From Antedon mediterranea (Eukaryota; Animalia; Echinodermata): a stretch of DNA of 64,000 nucleotides. The stretch spans positions 26,554,871 through 26,618,870 of the forward strand of contig NC_092676.1 in assembly GCF_964355755.1 (NCBI RefSeq). Reading direction: 5' to 3'. Below are positions 39,163 to 52,410 of the stretch, in pieces (the stretch's first letter is position 1; every line of letters begins with the position of its first letter). The notes beneath the pieces are model-generated. The model made no database searches. It was not told where the DNA came from and saw only the letters and a list, made by a program, of their open reading frames with translations. The translations under genes and the position numbers were made by a program.

Positions 39163-42100
39163 TGTAATATAACGTTTGGTTGTTGAGGTACTAATGAAGG
39201 ACTCTGACTCGCTTGACTGTCGTAACACATATATTATTTATTCAGTATAATACTTCAGTACAATATACAACTATAAGTATACATAAGGAACGGACAATCA
39301 ATGATGCTGTCGGTGAGGTGTGAAGTGTGTTAGTCTGCTTCTGGAGAAGTGGCTGTATGGTGTGTCTGGGCCCTTCTGAAACTTGGGAGTATATTGGCTC
39401 AGTTCATTTGCATAATGTCATTACATCATCTGTGAGGGTAACGATTGGTCCTAAGTTGATCCAGGGGTGTTTAAGTGGGAGTGATTAACGGTGTCATAAG
39501 GTATTTCTGTGATGGATGACACTGTCAAATCTGTACTTAAATAGTGTCCATCACTCGATGGGAAAGTCACAAAATTAAGCTAAGTGTTTTCTTTAGGGAT
39601 TCTATTATAAACTAAATGGTCATTAAAACATCTGGACAAACTCTCCTTCGGACTTTCTGGGTCAAGTTTGTGAACCTATCTGAATTCCGATACAAAGGTC
39701 AATTTCTTAAATATAAAGGTATATCAATATATTACATCCCTCTGTTTCCCCTTTTTTTTTTTTTCTAATCTATTTAACATATAAAATGGTTATAATAGTG
39801 GCATGCAAAATTAAAGTTATATAAAAGAAAAAAAACATTATACATATATGCAAAAATTGAGTTAGCCAAAACCATTGACTCTGAAGTGTAACCTTATCAC
39901 TTTCACTCTCTCTCTTCTCTCTCTTAAAAAAAATGAAATTAAAAATGAATTTGGTATAAAAATTCGCGTAAATCAAACATAAATCAGTTAAAAATAAAAT
40001 TACAAAACTTAAAAATAGTATGTTACATTGAACATACGTCAAATTGTGCGACAACTCATCGCGTTCTAATGGTCTTCAAACATAAATCATCAAATCAAAA
40101 CATAAAACTCAAGAAACTGTGGCTGATTAGCCTAGAATCAAAATATCAAACTCAATCACTTAAAACTTTAAAGAAACAAATGTGTGTGTCCCGTTGACAC
40201 AAACTTATCCACAATATATCATTATCGTCACAACTTTATCGATTTAAGCATTTATATTCACAGGTAATTACGATTTCAATCAATCGACAAATTCGACTTT
40301 TGTACTCAATGTCAAAAAAAATTACAATTAAAAGTACTAAGAAAATCTCCTGTTATTGTATATCAATTAATTAATGCTTGAGATTAACGACTCAAAGGTT
40401 AAACAAAATATTTGTTACAAAATGATTGTCGTTCTTTTCAATATCTCAATATATCGATCATCAAAATTCAAAATTAATCTTTATCAAACTCGTTACAAAA
40501 TCAATACTTAAACATAAATTCAATTCTCTTTTAACTGAAATCACATCATTATTAAACAAATCTCATCAAAAATACGTAGACTATGCTATCATTAATTTAG
40601 CAAATGTCGTAATTTATAAATAATCTTGCAAAAAAAATTAAATCAATAATTCGTTGCATTATACAAACGTTTTATGAATCGTTTTGGCGATCCACTTATC
40701 GGTATCTGTTTATCTTTAATGATCTCTTTAATCAATTTATCTGTATCGTTATATCTGTCAATATTCCACCAAAATTTGCGATCATTAGATTCGTGTTTTG
40801 TTTTATCAGTGTTGCGTTTGACTGAAGTCGGTTTAGAATACGAAACTAAAACTTGGAAATGTCCTGCTTTAAATCTACCTCGGTTTAATGTCATACTTAA
40901 ATCATTAGGTGCTGTCATAATTAGATTAGTTTGTTCCTTAATTTGTTCCTCTTTCATTTGGAATGGGGCTGCTAATCCCATGTTATTCTCTACACAGTCA
41001 ATGTAAGGTTGCAAGTTAAGGGGTTCTATCTTAGTTGGATGTGTAAGGGTATCTGATTGCAATTGGGCTGGTGTCCTATCATGTTCGTCGATAAATTAAA
41101 CATTGTTTTCGTCATTTACTACGTTAACGGTGTTCTGAATTTTCTCATTATTATTATCGGCGGCTTTATTCAACAATTATTTTAACAATTTAAAAAACAA
41201 TTTTAGTGTGTATATATGTAAACTCTCACTTTTTCAATCAAGGTTACAAATCAAAAATCAAAATGGTTTTGACTTACCCCAAATGCTTCGGATCCAATTA
41301 AAATGAATTAAAGGAATGCAAAAAGTGTTAAAAAATGTTTAAATGTTCAAACAACGAATTAAAGAAATGTTAAAGGTGCTCATCAATGTTCAACTTTTAA
41401 AACAACGAATTCAAAAAAAATGCGAAAGGTGTTCATCAATGTTCAAAAAAAGTAAATGTTTAAAAAAAAAAACGATAAAAAAAACGGCGTGAAGTTGAAA
41501 GTCTCTAAACGAAACAGTTCTTGTCCGCTTGCTTCTGTTTTGATTCTTCTTGGGTCCAATGGTTATAATTTCATAAAATTTCTGCTTGTCTCGATTTCAT
41601 TCAAATATAATTTCAGCTTGTCTTTTGTGTCTTCTTCGATTATCTTCTTTGTCTTCATCCAATGGTAATAATTTGATCAAATTTCTGCTTGTCTCGATCT
41701 CATTCAAATATAATTTCAGCTTGTCTTTTGAGTCAAAGTAAATTTCTCTCCTTTCAAACAAATATGGTTATTTTTGTCTTCATCTTCGTCTTCGTGTCTT
41801 GTTAAGTGTTTATTTCTTGTTTTCTCACTCCGTTCCTTATGAGATTTGGGTCTTCCACCATGTAATATAATGTTGGGGTTGTTGAGGTACTAATGAAGGA
41901 CTCTGACTCGCTTGACTGTCGTAACACATATATTATTTATTCAGTATAATACTTCAGTACAATATACAACTATAAGTATACATAAGGAACGGACAATCAA
42001 TGATGCTGTCGGTGAGGTGTGAAGTGTGTTAGTCTGCTTCTGGAGAAGTGGCTGTATGGTGTGTCTGGGCCCTTCTGAAACTTGGGAGTATATTGGCTCA

Positions 42101-42435
42101 GTTCATTTGCATAATGTCATTACATCATCTGTGAGGGTAACGATTGGTCCTAAGTTGATCCAGGGGTGTTTAAGTGGGAGTGATTAACGGTGTCATAAGG
42201 TATTTCTGTGATGGATGACACTGTCAAATCTGTACTTAAATAGTGTCCATCACTCGATGGGAAAGTCACAAAATTAAGCTAAGTGTTTTCTTTAGGGATT
42301 CTATTATAAACTAAATGGTCATTAAAACATCTGGACAAACTCTCCTTCGGACTTTCTGGGTCAAGTTTGTGAACCTATCTGAATTCCGATACAAAGGTCA
42401 ATTTCTTAAATATAAAGGTATATCAATATATTACA
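39163..42435 (-). mobile_element. Non-autonomous LTR retrotransposon (Gypsy-like 4-bp TSD); LTRs 39163-39736 and 41861-42435
   Basis: 574/575-bp near-identical direct repeats TGTAATATA...TATATTACA; TSD CAAA; minus-strand PBS-like TGGTGGAAG next to 41861 and polypurine tract next to 39736; 2.1-kb interior with no recognisable gag-pol. Confidence 0.93.
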
Positions 42436-42472
42436 CAAACTAAATAAAGTTAATAAAAATTACTATTGCAGG

Positions 42473-44170
42473 ATGGCTAGCAACGAATTAAGTCTACTTG
42501 GAGATATAGATGAGAAAGTACTAGAATGTTCTATCTGTAATGGAAGGCTAGAAGACCCAAAATCACTTACCTGCCTTCATAGTTTCTGTCTAAAGTGTTT
42601 GGAAAAATGGGTTCAAACCAACAATGGACAGCTAACATGTCCTATTTGTCGCAAGTTGAATCTCATTCCAGTAGGAGGGCTTCAAAATCTTCCGCCAAAT
42701 ACAGTTCTTAACAACCTTTTGGAAACTGTTAAACAACATGAACAGAAAAATGAGATCAAAAGCACCGCATTGTTGTGCCCTTCTCATACTCAACCATTAG
42801 AGATGTATTGCACAAAATGTAAAGTACCAATTTGCATAGAATGCACTGAAATGGAACATGCTGCAGGAGATGGAAAACATGAACCAATTGGCATTATAAC
42901 AGCATTAGAAATGTTTAAAGAAAGCTCATTTGAATTAAAAAAAGCCGCAAATGAATCCATAAGAAAAATAGAAAATGCACTAAAAATTGTCACAAAGAAT
43001 GCTAACGAATTAGAAGAAAGTAAAGAGGCAAGTCTCACAGAAATTGATAACACAGTTAAACAAATAGTAAAAATAATCCAGAAAAAAGGTGACGAAATAA
43101 AGGAAAAAGTTGAAGTAATTTATCAAAATGGCAAGAAATATAATGATGCACAAATTAAGAAATTAAAAACAATCAATTCTGAATTAGATACACATTTGAG
43201 TTTCCTAAATCAGTTATTAAAGAGTAAGCCAGCAACTGCTATGAAATCAAGTGACATTGTATTAAATACACTGATGGATGAAATTAATAATTCTGAAGAA
43301 ATCACACAAAGGGACAGTGGAAAAATTAACTTTATCAGAAACCAAGATCAAATTGATTTATTGAAAGAAAATGACATTGGAAATGTTACAATCACAGAAC
43401 CTACTGTCAAAGTAGAGGGTATACCTAGAGGAGTAGCAACGTGTGATGATGATTGCTTGCTGGTTTCATTTCGCACAAACGAAATTTACAAATACAAACA
43501 ATCAGGAGAATATATAAGTAATATTCTTTTACCAGAAGATGTGAAAGTCAGAAGAATGTACAAAATGAAGAATGGCAACATAGCATTCACTGATGTTGGT
43601 AATAAATGCATTCAAGTATGTGATATGAATGGTCATGTGATCAAATCCATTGGTAAGGATGTATTAACATTTCCACATGGTATTCACATAAATGAGTCAA
43701 CGAATGTCTTATATGTTGCAGATATTGTCCTGCAATGTGTGTTGATGTTTGACTTTAATAGTGGTGAGCAGTTGAAGAAAATAGAAACACCAGATATAGG
43801 ATCTCTTGAGTGTTCTGATGTTGCGCTTACAAAAACTGGTAAAGTACTTATAGCCGATGAAGGAAAACATCAAGTATTATTATATGATAATGATGATGAA
43901 ATGTCACTGAAAGTAATTATCAATAAAGGTGATAAAGATGGTAAGGTAATGATGCCAAGTGAAATTGTAGTTGATGAGGATGATAACATCATCATAGCAA
44001 GTAGCAACAAACTACAACTATTCAGTAGTGATGGACATTTTATCAAAAGAATTGATCAACAAGAAGATGAAATTAGTGATTCAAGTCAGTTATGTATCAT
44101 TTCACATAACCCATGTATGCTAGTTGTAGCAAATTACAGTGACAACACAATCAAACTATTTAATTATTAA
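42473..44170 (+). CDS. TRIM-NHL protein, 565 aa, full length
   Basis: RING, B-box, coiled coil and NHL intact; acceptor TACTATTGCAG|G; likely first-exon donor at 37154/37155. Confidence 0.95.
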   Translation: MASNELSLLGDIDEKVLECSICNGRLEDPKSLTCLHSFCLKCLEKWVQTNNGQLTCPICRKLNLIPVGGLQNLPPNTVLNNLLETVKQHEQKNEIKSTALLCPSHTQPLEMYCTKCKVPICIECTEMEHAAGDGKHEPIGIITALEMFKESSFELKKAANESIRKIENALKIVTKNANELEESKEASLTEIDNTVKQIVKIIQKKGDEIKEKVEVIYQNGKKYNDAQIKKLKTINSELDTHLSFLNQLLKSKPATAMKSSDIVLNTLMDEINNSEEITQRDSGKINFIRNQDQIDLLKENDIGNVTITEPTVKVEGIPRGVATCDDDCLLVSFRTNEIYKYKQSGEYISNILLPEDVKVRRMYKMKNGNIAFTDVGNKCIQVCDMNGHVIKSIGKDVLTFPHGIHINESTNVLYVADIVLQCVLMFDFNSGEQLKKIETPDIGSLECSDVALTKTGKVLIADEGKHQVLLYDNDDEMSLKVIINKGDKDGKVMMPSEIVVDEDDNIIIASSNKLQLFSSDGHFIKRIDQQEDEISDSSQLCIISHNPCMLVVANYSDNTIKLFNY

Positions 44171-44410
44171 ATTTACAAAACTCTGTATACAGAATAAAAT
44201 AATAATACCTTGGACTTTTATTGAAGTACAAAATCAATATAACTAAATGTTCTTCTTTTGTTGTACATAATTGGAGCATGTCTTGTACACTAAAGATAGG
44301 TGTAGGTAGTTGTGTAGTATGTTGTTGATTTTCATAGCATACAAAGCCCTTAACCAGAGGGGGTTTGAGTTGTTATTGTTGTCAATATTACATAAATTGC
44401 ACAAAAGAGT

Positions 44411-45504
44411 GGGGTGTCACGAAAGCTCAGACCACGAAAGCTCAGACCCCCTAAGACCTAAGATCACGAAAGCTAAGACCCAACACCTAAGATTACAAAT
44501 ATTTATCTTTCGCACCTGCCTTGTATTTTAACTCCCAACATTTATTCTGAATACCACAACTTAGAATTGGCACTTTCATGAAAAAGAATCACATAAAAAG
44601 TAACAAATACATTTTTAAATTGATGATTTTGCAGACGTTTTTCTCGCACACAAAATGACTAGCCTACAGTACAGTAGGCCTACCCCACATGGGCCATGTT
44701 CAATGTTTTTGTTTCTATGGAACGTCAAAAGAGCAAAAATTATATAGAGGGCTGAAAACTCTGTGGAGTCCATCTCTACAGTGTGGATGGAACAATGTAA
44801 AATTAAAATTGTAATGATAATAGTATAATCATGCAAGTACGAAGAAATAAATACTGGCAAATAAATTTTAATTTAAAAATCATGATAAGTTTTTTTGTTT
44901 CGTTTTCTTTCTGTTTTTATACTTGTACTATTATTGTTGCTCTTTTGGCGCTCCATAGAAACAAAAACATTGAGCATGGGTAGCTCTCGAGGAGTTACAT
45001 TGTCATTACAGTATACAAAGAAACACATCTGTAAAATCATCAATTTAAAGGATTTATTTATTTGTTATTATGTGTTTCTCCTTCTGAAAGTACTTATAAG
45101 TCCTAATTTTAAAGTGTGGTGTTCAGGATAAAGTTAGTCAACAAATTTGGAGTCAAAATACAAGAAAGGCAGGTGCGTAAGAAAAACATCCTCTGAAGCA
45201 ACACAATGGAGTAAATATATACCAACAAACAACCCGTCAAGTTTGTTTGTTGTAAAGAAAAAATATACATTTACTCAACGGGCGAAAATAATGTGAGTTT
45301 ATCTATGTTTTGCGGTAGTATTAAATTATATTTATGGTAATAAATGAAACCTACTGTGTTTAAAATTATGTATGGATAAACAAGTATTGTTTTTAAGCTG
45401 TAGTATATCTTAGTATTTGTAATCTTAGGTGTTGGGTCTTAGCTTTCGTGATCTTAGGTCTTAGGGGGTCTGAGCTTTCGTGGTCTGAGCTTTCGTGACA
45501 CCCC
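44411..45504. mobile_element. Non-autonomous DNA transposon (MULE-like) with ~91-bp TIRs
   Basis: GGGGTGTCACGAAAGCTCAGACC.../...GGTCTGAGCTTTCGTGACACCCC; flanking duplication (C)AAAAGAGT(G), 8-10 bp. Confidence 0.9.
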
Positions 45505-45544
45505 AAAAGAGTGACATAATGATATATTGTGTATCATAGTATAA

Positions 45545-45696
45545 AGTTCTGTCTACACCATCAAACTAGTTTGACAAAAAAAGTTTGATGTGCCCAAATA
45601 TGGTAGTGATGTGCCCAAATATGGTAGTGACATGCATCATCATGTCCATATATGGACATATAACATACCATAATGTTTGATAGTGTAGACAGAGCT
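45545..45696. mobile_element. Harbinger-like MITE (family copy 4)
   Basis: TAA|AGTTCTGTCTACACCATCAAAC...GTTTGATAGTGTAGACAGAGCT|TAA. Confidence 0.8.
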
Positions 45697-46226
45697 TAAG
45701 TCTTACATAAAATATTTAATACTTTTGTTCTATTTTGTTTACACATAATAAATTAGTTTTCATGAAAGAAACTTGTTATATACATGGTGTATAAATTAAA
45801 TTCATTCTCTCTCACTGTATGTTGATTTTTCATTGTGTTGAAATTTGTCTGAAAACAAAAGTCTAAATTTTATTAATTCATTTGATTACTTAATATCATT
45901 ATACTGATTTGAAATACTTACAAAAAAATCAGTAATCAGTAAGTAAATATTTTTTTTTTTTATATTTATATTATGAATATGATATGAATGAAATTGTCTA
46001 TTTTGATGACTTTAAAATTGACATGAATAAATGGCATTATTTATTTACAGAGACCTTAGAGTTTCTAAATTAGATTATTAGGTTAAAAAGGAAAAAGGTG
46101 TCTGAATACAAAATGTTTTCAGTGTTAAAAAAACTAGAGCATTAATGATGAAAAGCCCACTATGTATTAAGAGCTATTGAACGTACTGTAACGTTAAGTA
46201 TAGTTTATGTACAATGCTAAAGTAAA

Positions 46227-47789
46227 CTAGACATGTAACTCGTCACTTTGACGAGTTTGGTTATCCGCCGCGCAAGTGGTGCAACATTAACATTAAGGGG
46301 ATAGGTTGAGGACAAAAGGAAGTGTTCACGTTGGCATTATGAACTGAACTGAAGAATATGATCTGTTGTTATTGCTGAATTTTATTATTTAAATTCATAT
46401 ATAGTGTACACAGTATAATCTGTATCCATATCACATACAGTGTAGAATAGGTGAAATTACGGGACCCGCTATTTATTACAATTTTTAACATGTTGACGGT
46501 TTTAAAATGAAACGCGAAGTTAGCAATTCCGAAAGGAAATTATCTCAGCAACAACGTATTAGCGTGTAGAAGAAATTTGAATACGTGAAATATTGATGCG
46601 CGCTCTTTTAAATGTAATGAATTATGACGCAAAAGATGAAAATACGACCTTTTTTATTTAACTGGCCATATGATGACGTCACAACATCCGATTGGCAACA
46701 TTTTTACATAATTTCGTATCTACAATCCAATAGCTTCCAGAAAAAGTTTTAATCGTGATTATCAAGTTTTATTCTTACGAGCTATAACAGATTAAAATTT
46801 ACTGTAAAGATGAAATTGATGCCACACGTGATTAAAATTTTTAGGCATGATGACGTCAAAAAAATTAAAATATTTTTAACTCATGCGAAAGATACTTGAT
46901 TGACCTAGACAAAATCAAAATCGGGGTGAAAATGGAAAACGGATAAGTGGAGATGCGCTCTATTCAATGTGATGAGCTATGACGAAAGATACAAAAATCC
47001 TAAATTTTATATTCGCGTGGCCATACGATGACGTCACAATGTCCGGTTAGCCATATTAATACCTGATCCGATATCTACAACTCATCTACTTCCAGAATAT
47101 GCCATCCACAAAAAGTTGACCGTCTAGTTTAGAAATTACGACTGTTTAAAAAAAGGCATATTTTAAACGAATTTTTAACCCTTTTCATAAAAAACGCGCG
47201 CAAATTGTCCAATTCGACGTGCTCGTATGACGTATCTTTAAGTCGAAATTGTTTAAAATTTGGTAAAATTACTAGAAAAGGCTGGAAAAATATAAATCAC
47301 GTGAAAAAAGTACGTTTTCAATACTACGTGCGCACCGCACACGTAAAAATGTGCGCACGCGTGGGAATTTTGACATGCTTAAAACGACATGAAACGCGTA
47401 GAAAGTTGATTATAAATTAATTTTGCGCATTTTGAAATTTTAAATGCGCGTGCGCGCGTAACTTTGTGTAAAACACGCAATTTTTTTTCAACAGAAAGTT
47501 AGCGCATGATATAAATTAAACTTTTGCAAAGTTTCAAGTTGAAATGTTATTTGGTTGTCGAGCTATGTTAAATACGACAAAATCGTTAAATCGCGCGTAA
47601 GTCACGTTGCGCAATTGTAAACGTCATGAAAAGCTTCGCTTGACGACGTTACGTAAATGTCAATATGTTAAGATAGTTACCGAAATGTTATGTTTGCGAG
47701 TTTTAGAGAAAAGCGTTACACAAAAATCATACAGGTTGATTTCGTACAATCACAAGAGGTTATCCTGCAACTTCGTTGCGGATAACCAA
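46227..47789 (-). mobile_element. Helentron-associated non-autonomous element (HINE/DINE-1-like)
   Basis: Subterminal inverted repeats TTGGTTATCCGC/GCGGATAACCAA, 5' inverted repeat, 3' stem-loop AACTCGTCA-AAG-TGACGAGTT then CTAG, T-rich target; internal repeats with GATGACGTCA. Confidence 0.8.
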
Positions 47790-50181
47790 AAAAAAAATAT
47801 ATTAATATGTAAAGGTACATGTAAAATATTATTTATAATTTTAGAGCCAAGAGGAGCTTGGGAGCTGTTTAGGGCAATACCTGATCGAAAAACAATATTT
47901 GAATGGTTGATTGTCAAAATATTGAATTATTAAAATTGAACAAGCAAGACTTCCACTGTGTATTGTAAAATAATAACATTACATCGTAATTATTAAGTAA
48001 CAAAAAAAAAAACCAATTAAATTATCTTTAGTATCTTGTAGTTAATTTTTACCTATTTGTCTAATATATACACTTACTTTACATGATGTATTATTGTAAA
48101 CTTCTTTATACTTTATAAGTTTGAATTAAAAAATCTTATAGAAAATGAATATGCATGTAATCAGTATAAAGCAGTTATAAAATGGAATGATAATTAAAAT
48201 TAAATTATTAGAATTCATATATATAATATAAACATTCATATAATGGAAAATCAAAACTGTACTAGTATAGTTACTATAAAGTTATGTAAGAATGTAATAA
48301 ATCAATTGAATTGAATTGAAAAAAAAAAAAAAAAAAAAAAAAAAAATGAATTGACTGAATTGAATTGAATTAAGTTTAGGCAGAACCCATAATTGTAACA
48401 CATCTGTTATGATAATATTCTATATATGAAATAATGCTAAACATAAGGTCATACCTATAATAAAGCCATATTATAAAACTAACAAACACCTAGGCCTATA
48501 CTAAAACTAATACATGATAGAAATAAATGTATTAGGGTAAAACATAGACTGAAACACACGGTCAAACATATAAGTAAACAAACAAATGTAAATGGCCAAC
48601 ATAGTAAGAACAGAACTTTAAGGTTTAGAAACAGTGGAATGAAACAAATGTTATACAAGGCCAACACATAAAAAGTAGCATATAATGTGTGTATAATAAC
48701 TATGTTAAACTGATTCATAAATGTAAATAGGTTTATCAATGTGTGTATGTGTGTATATATTTGTAATGGATGTAATATAAGGTCAAAAGAAAAAAAAACA
48801 TACAAATTGTGAGTACTGATTTAAAATATATTAAAAGAAACACCTACTTTTTAATAAATTTCTTAATATAAAGTAAATTTAAATGATAAATAGTCGTACT
48901 TTTACTATAACTTGCAATAACCATAAAATGTACGTTTTTAAAGCATATTTTTACTCCATCGATTTTATGTAGCCTATGCATAGATATAGTGCCTTTTTAA
49001 CTAATATATTGAATTTTATTGTTTTATATTTTTACGAAAATGTATGTATGTTATATAATATATATCTGTAAAAGGAATGAATAAATGTGGGTGACCCCCA
49101 CGAAAGAGAAAAAAATAACTTCTTTATACTGAAATTGTAATTATAAACGATGACTAAATAAATGTGAATTGAATTGAAATTGAATCTGAATAATTATGTA
49201 TCCAGTGATTTTAAATGATAAATCTAATTTAGTAATTTAGTCAAAAGTACTTCAATTAGCTAAAACAATTTTTAGTACCTTTTTCAGTTTGATTTAATTT
49301 TAAGAATGAAGTAAAAATGCATTAAACAATATTTTAGTATTTTTAGTTAAATTAATATAAATGTATGATGCAACTAACCCATGTTTAAGCAGTTTGATGC
49401 AATGCATTTTGAATAGTAGTGGTATTTGTCCAGGGTAGGCACAATGTATTGTGTGAAAAAGAAAATTACAATGTATACTAATGCAGTCTTGGTAACAGCA
49501 TTTCAAGCGCTATAATACAATCAATCAATATGTTAATCTATTGTTTTTTTTATTGATATCTGGAATTGGTTCAGTGTTCAGCACTTTCATATTTCAAAAT
49601 ATTCACTAATTGTTTACAATACAGCAGAATTAACACTTGGAGGAAATTTAACTAATTTCTGGAAAGGTTTCAATTCCTGAAACCATTTTGAGCTGAAACT
49701 ATAAGGTATTTTTATTAAATAATTGTTGTACTGTAATTCATTTTAAAATTGTTTTATCTAACAATATCCTAGGTTTATGGGCGTGGTTAAATAAACATGC
49801 CTACTTTATATAATAAATATTGTAACACACATACTTTAAGTAGATTCTTGTTATTTGATTGGACGATAATCAGTCACACGGTATTAAATAAATTTACAAA
49901 AGCACTCTCTCAGTGCGGTGCATATTTCTGTACAATCAAGTTGTGCAATTTTGATTTGCGCATTATTATTTTTACACAACATTGTTCTACACCGCATTCA
50001 AAATTGAAGAGCTATATTTGTTAATGGCTTAGGCCGTATCTCGTTAAAAGTAATAATACATAATAAATGTTTTATATTCGTACAATGCCAAAAAAGATTT
50101 CATTTGGTAAAAGATTTCATTTGGTGAAAGATGAAAATTATGAAGCTATTTGTACCATTCCACTTCATTATTTGTATAATA

Positions 50182-50948
50182 ATATTACATAGCCTATGTA
50201 AATACGTGAACGTGATTGGTTGAAACTGCATCACATGACTACCGCTGCGAGGATCGTAAATCATATATATCCCGAGTACGATGATATTGACTTAGTAATT
50301 TTCGCGCATTTATCGTGTCCCTATCATTAAACATATAAAATCCAGCAAATTCGAGTACGATGGATGACATTGACTGTGTAATTTTCGTGTGGCAACACTC
50401 GCGTTTGGCGATAAATAAACAAAAGTCATCTACTGAGACTTGAACTCGCAATGATTTGTCCACATAACACCATCACATAACACCAAGACAATTATTCGCT
50501 GTGCCACGCCACTTGCTTGAAGAAATTAATCAACTAAACTATTTAAACTATGAATAAATATTATAGCGCCCTTATTTGTTATTAGTCCTCCCAAAGACCG
50601 TTTGTGATTGGTTAATACTCACGCGGTAGTACTGGTATGCGCGACACGCTGAACATCCGGTGATTCGGCTCCTCAAAGAAGACGAATTATTATCTAATCG
50701 GCCTACCTGATAATAATATTATTATTATTAATGTAGACTTATTGAAGGAAATTCTTCTGTTAATTTATACGACCTAGGCCTAATTGAATATTTTATTGCC
50801 AAGGAATCATTAATTAGTAATTATCTGTATATTATTCTTCGCAAGGTAAGGTGAATACAATGCCTAACTAGGCAGGCTTATTACAAAGGAGGCCTAGCTA
50901 CACCCAACCCAGCAGTAGATATTCAACTTGTTGTTGGCTATGTAATAT
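50182..50948. mobile_element. Non-autonomous TIR element; an inverted partial copy lies at ~34960-35130
   Basis: TIR ATATTACATAGCC/GGCTATGTAATAT; 50182-50340 is the reverse complement of ~34960-35130. Confidence 0.6.
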
Positions 50949-51336
50949 AACAGATATCGCCTTGGATAACACCTTGGGAATGATATATTATACAAGGGAA
51001 TATATTTCTCTCAACGCTTCGGGAAATATATTCCCTCGAACAAAATATCATTCCCTCAGGGATATCAAATCTTAAATATAACCTCTAAACTTTGAAATCT
51101 CCAGTCTTGTTTCTGAAATCTAATCTAAATTATGGTGTGAATTAAATTCAGCACTCAGTAATTGTTAATGCTATTTAACACCCCATATTCTTCTATTTAC
51201 AATAAAAAAGTATTACATTTTATTTGTTTTTTTTATATTTAAAACCATTAAAATATGGTGCTGGACAGGGCTGACCAACGTGGTTAGAACCTGATATACA
51301 GTACAATAGTTTGGAATATTATTTTTATCTTACAGG

Positions 51337-51820
51337 ATGGCTAGCAACAGCTTGATTGTGTCAATAAAAGAGAAAGACCTAGAATGTCCTATTTTAATGA
51401 AAGACTAACAAATCCAAAATCACATCATAATTTCTGTCAAGTGTTTGGAGAATTTGGTTTAAAAAAACAAAGGCAAGTTAACATGTCCAAATTGTCCCAA
51501 CAAAAATCCCATTCCAGAAGGAGGGCTTCAAAATCTTGCACAAAAAACATTTCTAAACAATCTCTTAGAAACTGTCAAACAACAAGAAGAGGTTTGGAAA
51601 AGAATTTAATACGTTTAAGGAAACATCAGAAAAAGCTGCCAATGAATCCATAAAAAACCAGAAAATATACTTAGAGTAGTCACAAAGAATGCTAAAGAAC
51701 TAGAAGAAAGTAAAGAGGCAAGTTTCACGGATATTGATAACCAAGTTCAAGAAATAGTACAAGTAATCCAGAAAAAAGGAGAAGAAATGAAGAGGAAAGT
51801 TGAAGCAAATTATATGGAAA
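51337..51820 (+). pseudogene. Decayed TRIM 5' half (RING remnant, B-box deleted, part of coiled coil)
   Basis: TTACAG|GATGGCTAGC, several frameshifts, then AATGCTAAAGAACTAGAAGAAAGTAAAGAGGCAAGT; ends at the next copy's upstream module; donor at 49705/49706. Confidence 0.88.
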
Positions 51821-52410
51821 GCAGGCTGTTTCTATCTTGTTGAAATTTCATTGATTATGAGTGACAATAAAGTGCTTGAATAGATGCTTCAGTTGTGTTT
51901 TGTAATACTGATTTTGAAGGTGTAACACCTTGTTGAAACAGATGAATGCTTTGATAACATGATCACAAGTTTCAAAGTGCAAAAACCAACTTTATTCGAT
52001 TACTGTAAACGATTGGTTTTAATTCCTGAAACTATCATTTGAGCTGGGAAATTATAAGGCATTTAACATAAAAAATGATATTAGATTTATTTAGTTGAAT
52101 TAGTTCAGTGTAGCTGTAGTCTCCTATGCAAACAGCTAGTCAAGATAAACACTAATAGATTCTTGTTGTGTTAACATGGATTGTTGGCTTGGATATTAGT
52201 AACTAGATTATTTTTCCTACAATTAAATGCCAAGCAGAGATGTATTGTACAGGCATCCGATGATCACATGACAAGACGTAACCAGTATAGTAAAACCAAA
52301 TTGATAATGGGTGGATAAATAAATAAATTGCATTTTTTTAATTCAATAAATTGAAAATATGCAATTTTCTATCTATGTGTAATTTATTTTAAAATAAAAT
52401 CGTTTGCAGA

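Noticed and set aside
40643-41062. 139-aa ORF inside the LTR element as gag, pol or env
   Set aside because: Non-ATG start and no zinc knuckle, protease, RT or integrase motif that I recognise; a profile search would be needed
47905-47950. Possible TRIM 3'-end remnant (AAAATATTGAATTATTAA)
   Set aside because: Too short and AT-rich to distinguish from chance
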